A stretch of DNA of 64,000 bases from Candidatus Hadarchaeota archaeon (GTDB taxonomy: Archaea > CAYQAE01 > CAYVLA01), in assembly GCA_964621445.1 (NCBI GenBank), contig CAZUNO010000002.1:107151-171150 (forward strand), read 5' to 3'. Shown here piece after piece: positions 58,126-64,000 of this stretch; the stretch's first letter is position 1; each line of letters begins with the position of its first letter. The notes below the pieces were generated by a model, which had not been told where the DNA came from, did no database searches, and saw nothing but the letters and a program-made list of their open reading frames with translations. A program made the translations under genes and the position numbers.

Positions 58126-58617
58126 ATGGAGCCCCTTTCCTTTGTCCCATTATGGGAATTTCCCAATATAGTTGATTATTTTCTAAATTATTTGGAAGTA
58201 TCCAAGATCCTTCTCTCAAACACTGTGAACAGGCTCTGGGAACAGGTCTCATGCAGTATCGGCGAACTGGACCTGCCCAGGGAGAAATGTGTCATGGTGG
58301 ATGACACTGGGCCGGCTATCCGTGCCTGTTTAAAGGACAGCGCATCTGCCCATCAGCTCTACATCCTCCACATAGTCAGGGTTTTTCAAGCTCTGGAACA
58401 GGGAAATACCGGTCGAGACCAGGCTCTCGCTAGTCAAGGATCTGTCATCCACCCTCTTCTCCTTGGTGGGGTCGGTGAAGAAACACCTCCTCTCACCCAA
58501 CCTGGCAAGGATGAGGCGGAGGATCACCAGACCTTGGAGGCCCTGGGCAGCTATGTGGCAAGACTCAAGAAAGAGGGATCCGTCTCTGCAGCCAGCTTTG
58601 TTTCCAGGTCTGTCTAG
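58126..58617 (+). CDS. hypothetical protein
   Basis: 163-aa ORF. No recognisable motifs. Confidence 0.35.
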   Translation: MEPLSFVPLWEFPNIVDYFLNYLEVSKILLSNTVNRLWEQVSCSIGELDLPREKCVMVDDTGPAIRACLKDSASAHQLYILHIVRVFQALEQGNTGRDQALASQGSVIHPLLLGGVGEETPPLTQPGKDEAEDHQTLEALGSYVARLKKEGSVSAASFVSRSV

Positions 58618-59131
58618 GAAATGGTTGTCTTCACCAGGCTGGCCCTGGAACACGTCAAGATCCTTTAAACCGTCAACCTGATGGAGAGGCTGATGGGCGA
58701 GGTGCCAAGAGAGTCAAGAACATGTTGGCACACTGGTCCCAGAGAGGACTAAAAAATCTGCTAACCCTACTCCTGGTCAGATACACCAACAAAAACCTGT
58801 ATAAATCCGCATGTAAACACATCTACCACCAAACCGAAACCACAACCAACACGCTCAGATGCAAGACACAAAGATAGCCACTAACAGAACAGCACCAATT
58901 ATTTTCATATAATATGATGCCTAACTATGGGTATAGGTTCAATAACTCGAGTTTGAATAAGAATTCCTACCTTTATCCCCTTTCAATCACCCGACATCTT
59001 CATTCCACATAATAGGCCCCCCCAATTTATGGTATTGGTCAAGCCCTTTTCACTTATGGTCCAAATCCTGGTTATACGTGATCTTTTGATCCCACCGGGT
59101 TGTAATCCTTTACTTGATGACCTTACATACT

Positions 59132-59413
59132 CTATTCAACTTCGCCGAAGCGCCCTCTAGATATGTTCTTAAGCTCCCTGGACCTAAGCTCCGACACCAT
59201 ATAGTCCAATACTTTATCGGCGGAGGTACCTAATACTTCCTTCAGCTCCCGTTTGAAGACCTGTGGATTTTGTGGAATCTCTCCACCCATATATTCCAAC
59301 GCTCGAGAGGCCAGCGAATCGCCCAGGATTTCCACTAGGCTATATTTAGCAAGACGACGGAATTCACGAGGAGAGACCAACTTCTTAGATACATCTGCAA
59401 ATTCATCCTCCAT
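59132..59413 (-). CDS. hypothetical small alpha-helical protein downstream of the response regulator
   Basis: 93 aa with an ATG start. A G10 homopolymer lies 7 nt upstream on the coding strand. Confidence 0.4.
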   Translation of the reverse strand: MEDEFADVSKKLVSPREFRRLAKYSLVEILGDSLASRALEYMGGEIPQNPQVFKRELKEVLGTSADKVLDYMVSELRSRELKNISRGRFGEVE

Positions 59414-59420
59414 CTATCCA

Positions 59421-59430
59421 CCCCCCCCCC
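59421..59430 (-). repeat. homopolymeric tract G10 (coding strand) immediately upstream of the start codon of the 59132..59413 ORF
   Basis: The plus strand reads CCA-C10-GTAATT. On the minus strand this is GGGGGGGGGGTGGATAG followed by ATG. Confidence 0.8.
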
Positions 59431-59479
59431 GTAATTAGGGCATAGACGATCGGAAATTGATAGGATCATCTTGTTATAT

Positions 59480-59932
59480 TCAAACCTCCTTTTCCTGTTC
59501 CAACTTCCTTATCCTTGCCTCAACCCATTGCGTAACCTTCTCCTCACTCATGGATTCGGCTTCTTCCTGTTCAGCAAGCTTTTCCTTAACCGTCTCCAAC
59601 AATACATCCGGTTTAACCGGTTTGGTCAAATATCCATCCGCTCCCTGGTTAACGGAATCGACAGCGTTCTCCAAACTGGCGTGACCAGTCACCATAACCT
59701 TCATCATCATGGGCCTTGACTCATGGAGCTTTCTAAGTAGTGTAGTCCCATTCATTCCTGGGAGCTTTATATCTAGAAAAGCTAGATCATAGTAGTTCTG
59801 TTTTGATAAATCACACGCATTCTCCGCCGATTCAGCAAAATCGACCTGGTATCCTTCCGACTTCAAGATACTCTCAAAGCTCTCTAGTATCGCCTTGTCG
59901 TCATCCACGATCAGAATTTTCTTCTCAACCAT
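59480..59932 (-). CDS. single-domain CheY-like response regulator with a C-terminal coiled-coil tail
   Basis: KILIVDDDK...DLAFLDIKLPGMNG...KVMVTGHAS...YLTKP. The phospho-acceptor Asp and the conserved Lys are present. The likely start is MVEKK, at the ATG at 59931. Confidence 0.85.
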   Translation of the reverse strand: MVEKKILIVDDDKAILESFESILKSEGYQVDFAESAENACDLSKQNYYDLAFLDIKLPGMNGTTLLRKLHESRPMMMKVMVTGHASLENAVDSVNQGADGYLTKPVKPDVLLETVKEKLAEQEEAESMSEEKVTQWVEARIRKLEQEKEV

Positions 59933-60128
59933 TTTGAAATCCCCTTTCACTTACGGCAAGTACCAAAAACCCTCTGCTCTGTGACCACATAACATCATTA
60001 AGTTTTGATGATCTAGGTTCATATAGTTACTACATTTCTAAAAAGGGCCCAATATCGTTAAAAATACTTCCCAATCTATCGTGAATATATTGAGACTTTT
60101 CCAATAATATGATAAAAAGTATTGCTTT

Positions 60129-61481
60129 TCAGAGATCCTTTGGTAATTCTCGAGTTTCTCGCTCCAGAAAGGCCAACTGCCTTTCTTTGAAACAGTTTCG
60201 CGGAACTACCAGCAGAAGCCTGGACTCGTTCTGAACCACATTATCTCTGATGTCATAAAGAGAGTTCATTGTCCTCTCGAAGCCATTGTTCAGTACCAGG
60301 TATTCGAGGCCATCAAGAAATACAATTCCCCTGGAAGTCTCATCGAGAAATGATTTAGTTAAATCACTAACTATACCCACATTAGAAGACCCTAAGGCCT
60401 CATCCATTCCATCTTCGTTTGATAACCACACGTAACGAACGTTATCAGCATCTAATTCATTTCTTATACCATCCGGGTTTCTTCTGGTGATGCATAGACC
60501 AGGAACTCCACTCTTGACCAGTTCTCCGAATATTTTCAGCATCCTTTCGTCTTCATTGAATGAATATATACCTTCTTCCTTTAACCCCATGTACTTGCCA
60601 TCAACCCTACGGCTTCCTATTTCGATCTCTTTGAAGGATTTCAGGATACCGCTCTTGAGAACATACAAACCTAGACTAATGGTAACAAGAAGAGCGGCCA
60701 AGCCTGAAAGAAAGTAAATCAAATCTCCGTATCTACTGCTACCAAACTGATTCAATGAGTAATTTAGTGGATGTAACCCGATCAGTAGTGATGCAGAAGC
60801 GCCTATCAATACCAAAGAAATTCTCCGCTCTCCGGAAAGTTCTTTTACCCGACGATTTACCAAAATAGGGACGACCACCACGAATATCCCAGAACCAATT
60901 ATGAACAGAGCCCCTGGTCGCTGCAGGAGAGATCCCGCCTGAAACCTCCCCAATCCCTCCAAGATAATTCCAATAGCTCCAATAATTAATGGTAGGTAAA
61001 CAATTAGATGGCTTTCCACGCCAAGGGGTCTTGCCACTCCTCTGCCAATAATCATCAGAAACCAGCTCAGTAACCCGGCCATGGCAAGAATAACTAAATC
61101 AGTAAACACTGGACTAAAATAGATAGCAAATTCAGGTACTAGATTCAGAAAAGAATAGATGAAGAGAAGCAGGAGCACACCCAAACAGGGCACGAATGGT
61201 TTTTTGCGCAGTATCTTCCTAGCAATAGTGGATCCCGCAACAGCACCCAGCACACCATTTAGTTCCTCCTTGATCCCTTCCGGGTCATCGAATAGTCCCT
61301 TCCTCTCCAAATGGCCCGCTAATGCTCCTCCCGGTCCTGGACCCAGAAAATTTCTCAGTCTTTCAATTAATTCACTCCGTCTTGAATTACGATACTGGTA
61401 CCACTTGACAAATAGCCATGCTGAAAATCCGAATGATGATAAGGAAACCATAACCCAAATTATTTCAGATATTACATTCAA
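60129..61481 (-). CDS. multi-TM protein with a C-terminal DUF835 domain (paralogue of 56209..57369)
   Basis: C-terminal GLCITRRNPDGIRNE...VFLDGLEYLVLNNGFERTMNSLYDIRDNVVQNESRLLLVVPRNCF, closely similar to the other DUF835 protein. The N-terminus has about 8 TM helices. Confidence 0.7.
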   Translation of the reverse strand: MNVISEIIWVMVSLSSFGFSAWLFVKWYQYRNSRRSELIERLRNFLGPGPGGALAGHLERKGLFDDPEGIKEELNGVLGAVAGSTIARKILRKKPFVPCLGVLLLLFIYSFLNLVPEFAIYFSPVFTDLVILAMAGLLSWFLMIIGRGVARPLGVESHLIVYLPLIIGAIGIILEGLGRFQAGSLLQRPGALFIIGSGIFVVVVPILVNRRVKELSGERRISLVLIGASASLLIGLHPLNYSLNQFGSSRYGDLIYFLSGLAALLVTISLGLYVLKSGILKSFKEIEIGSRRVDGKYMGLKEEGIYSFNEDERMLKIFGELVKSGVPGLCITRRNPDGIRNELDADNVRYVWLSNEDGMDEALGSSNVGIVSDLTKSFLDETSRGIVFLDGLEYLVLNNGFERTMNSLYDIRDNVVQNESRLLLVVPRNCFKERQLAFLERETRELPKDL

Positions 61482-61914
61482 AATTCAAGCACCAAGGATC
61501 GACCCTGGGTCGGTTGATATAAGGCCGCTTCTGGAATATTGAATATGTTGAGCGATAAAAGTTTTGAGTTTCAAGGGATGCTCCCATTGCGATTTTCAAT
61601 CCGAATGCTCTAAATCGCAAGGCTTTTTCATAGTTTATGAAATTATCATGCTTTTTGGAGAATATCCCCCTGCACTTTTCTGGACAAAAAGTCCGAAGTA
61701 AAAGATGAGTGACTATAAAATAACCCACGATTTCCCGGAAAATCTCTGCCAGGGGAAATGGCTGGATGTGAGATCGAATACCGAATCGGCGCTTTCCAAG
61801 ATCATTTTTCAGCGTAAAATTCCTAGTATAGTAATTCCACCAAGTCAGGCTGAGCCCCAATCGGGAAGACCTTTATTCGTGTCCTCCCAACCCAATTGAG
61901 AGGATACATTTCCC

Positions 61915-63165
61915 TTGATTAACTCAATTAATATCACCGGTAAATTGAATCAGTACCTGGATATCCTAGCCAGGATTTGCTTATTTCTCGTATGGATAGC
62001 ACTGATGTCACCCGCTGTGAACTGTTTTGATGATTCTAACAGAGCAAAGGTCCTTTACATTGGTGACACCGGCTTTGAAACCTGGCGGGATATCGCCGGA
62101 GACCCCCTCTTGATCACCACAGCGGTCCCAGCAAGTGTGGGTCATTTTCCAAGTGATCAAATTGAAAGGTACATGAGGCAATACATTCCCAGGACTTACA
62201 CAAGGTACTCATCTGATGTGGACCTGCTCATACTGAGTGATACAGACCGCCAGCTTTTCACCACGAAGCAACAAACCTGGTTCAAGAAGGGCGTTTTTGA
62301 GGAAGGCCAAGGATTAATCATGGCTGGAGGGCTTGAGGCCTTCGGAGGAGCCGGGTGGGGGAGTTCCTGGGAGGGTTCCTCAGTTGCTGATGTACTCCCC
62401 GTGAATCTTTTGACCGGTGAGGTATGGAATCTGCATCCATTCCATGCCAGACCAACCGAGGAATCGTCAAATCATCCCCTAATCACCTCCCTCCCCTGGA
62501 ACACTATGCCCACTTTTGGCGGTATGAATAGGGTAACCACCAAGACATGGGCGGAGGTGCTTCTGAAGGCAGCTGGACCTGGAATTAGCTCCTCCGAGAA
62601 TCTACCGGTTCTAGTCCATGGGGAAGTGGGGGAGGGTTCATCTCTGGCCCATACACCTGACTGGAACCCTGGTTGGGGAGGCAGGGTTATGAGGGAATGG
62701 GAGTATTACCCAGATTATCTGATTAATATGGCATATCTGATGGTCGGTGTTTCCATACCGCAGAATCTGCAGTTATCACACCTGGTGAGAACCGAGTTGG
62801 CAAACCATATTCAGCGGATGAGCGTCACCCTGTCCTTTCTCGAGTTCGCCGAGGATTTTGGCGCCAACATACACCCCCTGGAAATGCGTCTATCAAAGGC
62901 AGCCCAAATGAAGGATGAGGCCGATGCTTTGTATATCGATCAGGATCTTGAGGCTGTTCTGGAAAAGATGAGGCAGGTCCGGGATCTGATGGATGATATA
63001 AACCAGCAGGCCATAGAACTCAAGGACAGGGCCCTTGTCTGGGTCTACGCCGTGGAGTGGCTGGCGGTCACCGGAACCTTCCTTGTGTGTGGGTTCATTC
63101 TGTGGACTTTGATGGTCCGTAAGAGATTCTATAAAAGAGTGGAGATGACCAAATTACAGGGTTAA
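61915..63165 (+). CDS. secreted protein with an N-terminal ThuA/GATase1-like domain and a conserved C-terminal TM anchor (paralogue B)
   Basis: Signal peptide, then KVLYIGDTG...LIMAGGLEAFGGAGWG. The C-terminal block FGANIHPL...ALVWVYAVEWLAVTG...KRFY is shared with paralogues A and C. Confidence 0.6.
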   Translation: MINSINITGKLNQYLDILARICLFLVWIALMSPAVNCFDDSNRAKVLYIGDTGFETWRDIAGDPLLITTAVPASVGHFPSDQIERYMRQYIPRTYTRYSSDVDLLILSDTDRQLFTTKQQTWFKKGVFEEGQGLIMAGGLEAFGGAGWGSSWEGSSVADVLPVNLLTGEVWNLHPFHARPTEESSNHPLITSLPWNTMPTFGGMNRVTTKTWAEVLLKAAGPGISSSENLPVLVHGEVGEGSSLAHTPDWNPGWGGRVMREWEYYPDYLINMAYLMVGVSIPQNLQLSHLVRTELANHIQRMSVTLSFLEFAEDFGANIHPLEMRLSKAAQMKDEADALYIDQDLEAVLEKMRQVRDLMDDINQQAIELKDRALVWVYAVEWLAVTGTFLVCGFILWTLMVRKRFYKRVEMTKLQG

Positions 63166-63221
63166 ACTAGCTTGTGTGAAAAGGTTTCCAATATAATATC
63201 CAATGACACGAAACAAGGACC

Positions 63222-64000
63222 TTAATCATCCCCAATCATGTGAGTGGTTTTGACAGCATGGTATAATTTGCGGCGGATCATAACCGACCACAGAAAAACC
63301 CCCGCGATCATGGCCGTCCCGCTTATCACCAGCCACTCAATGAGATACACCCAAAAGAGGGCGCGTTGTTTGACTTCCATAGCTTTTACCTCTAGCTCGT
63401 CAAGCTTTTGGTGAACCTGGTCATATATCTCCAGTGCCTGTTCAAAATTCAATTCAATATATGCGGGCATTGCACTCTGGGATAAATCCTCGACCTCATC
63501 CAGATCCTTGACCAGGTGAAGTGTATTTGCGCCGAAGGAATCACAGAATTCGATTAGGCTCACGATTAACGACTTCCTATTCATTACATCGAACATGCTC
63601 TCCCTCAGGCGATGCGCGAGTTCGACATCCTGGGGTACCGGTCGACGATCCATGTAGATCATGAGATTTGCTCCAAAATCCAGGGCATATTCCCAGGGAT
63701 CAGCTCTCGTGCACATGCTGTGGGACTGACCGGGCTCTGAGCTGGGGCCTATTATCTCCCCGCTCACGGCAAAGGTACGAGCGCCGCCGTCTAGTTCCCA
63801 GGTAACCATTGCCGGATGCTGGGAAAAGGAAACGCTCTCAATATAGGCCAGCATTTGAGCCCCCGCCCTGAGCTTGACCAAGTTGTGGTGAAAATTACTC
63901 ATGAAAGGCTGTTTTCGGTCCCAGGGAAGGCTACTCATGAAATCATTCTCTGGCTCATTGATCTTCATGAAGAGGCGGTACTTCGGTTTCATGATGTAGG
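63222..64000 (-). CDS. paralogue C of the secreted, C-terminally anchored protein family; partial, with the N-terminus beyond the window end
   Basis: C-terminal FGANTLHL...ALFWVYLIEWLVISG...RRKLY. The ORF is open to the window edge. The internal region aligns with the middle of paralogues A and B. Confidence 0.55.
   Translation of the reverse strand, partial: YIMKPKYRLFMKINEPENDFMSSLPWDRKQPFMSNFHHNLVKLRAGAQMLAYIESVSFSQHPAMVTWELDGGARTFAVSGEIIGPSSEPGQSHSMCTRADPWEYALDFGANLMIYMDRRPVPQDVELAHRLRESMFDVMNRKSLIVSLIEFCDSFGANTLHLVKDLDEVEDLSQSAMPAYIELNFEQALEIYDQVHQKLDELEVKAMEVKQRALFWVYLIEWLVISGTAMIAGVFLWSVMIRRKLYHAVKTTHMIGDD

Noticed and set aside
61465-61860. 131-aa ORF in the intergenic region upstream of paralogue B
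   Set aside because: It overlaps the 3' end of the DUF835 gene, has odd W/F/R composition and no recognisable features. The region is more likely a promoter or UTR.
1-64000. CRISPR arrays, rRNA genes, transposases
   Set aside because: No regularly spaced direct repeats, no rRNA-like conserved blocks and no DDE or integrase motifs were seen on either strand. Intergenic regions are short, apart from the 58.6-59.1 kb spacer.

Overview
This window is archaeal chromosomal DNA of about 50% GC with very dense coding. The ORF track treats GTG and TTG as start codons, and several genes here appear to use them.

The first 8.4 kb is the conserved archaeal information-processing gene string, all on the minus strand: L7Ae, S28e, L24e, Ndk, aIF5B, S6e, aIF2-gamma, a PIN-domain protein, RpoE', Spt4, a DUF359 GTP-dependent dephospho-CoA kinase and S24e. 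It is flanked by CPBP-family membrane proteases.

From 8.5 to 14.5 kb lies a near-complete archaeal-type mevalonate pathway cluster. It contains mevalonate kinase, a UbiD-family decarboxylase, the two subunits of an aconitase-X-type phosphomevalonate dehydratase, IPP isomerase type 2, and a divergent isopentenyl phosphate kinase.

The rest of the window is accessory-looking. It holds:
- a Hef-like helicase lacking a nuclease domain;
- the UPF0147/UPF0148 pair;
- an apparently frameshifted Gfo/Idh/MocA oxidoreductase;
- a tRNA-Gln(CUG) whose gene is 108 nt long and appears to carry two 18-nt introns;
- GlmS next to a GlmU-like nucleotidyltransferase;
- a 1419-aa alpha-2-macroglobulin homologue with an intact CGEQ thioester motif;
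- a five-gene catabolic operon with a LarA-like protein;
- an ABC-2 exporter operon;
- a DegT aminotransferase / flavin reductase / flippase glycan module;
- a signal-transduction island, comprising a 7TM-PAS histidine kinase, a single-domain KaiC-like ATPase adjacent to a multi-TM DUF835 protein, a second DUF835 paralogue, and a CheY-like response regulator;
- three paralogous secreted proteins with a conserved C-terminal membrane anchor.

No CRISPR array, integrase, transposase or rRNA gene was recognised. The KaiC-like/DUF835 signalling island, the archaeal alpha-2-macroglobulin, the two-intron tRNA-Gln and the three-paralogue secreted family are the items most worth follow-up.
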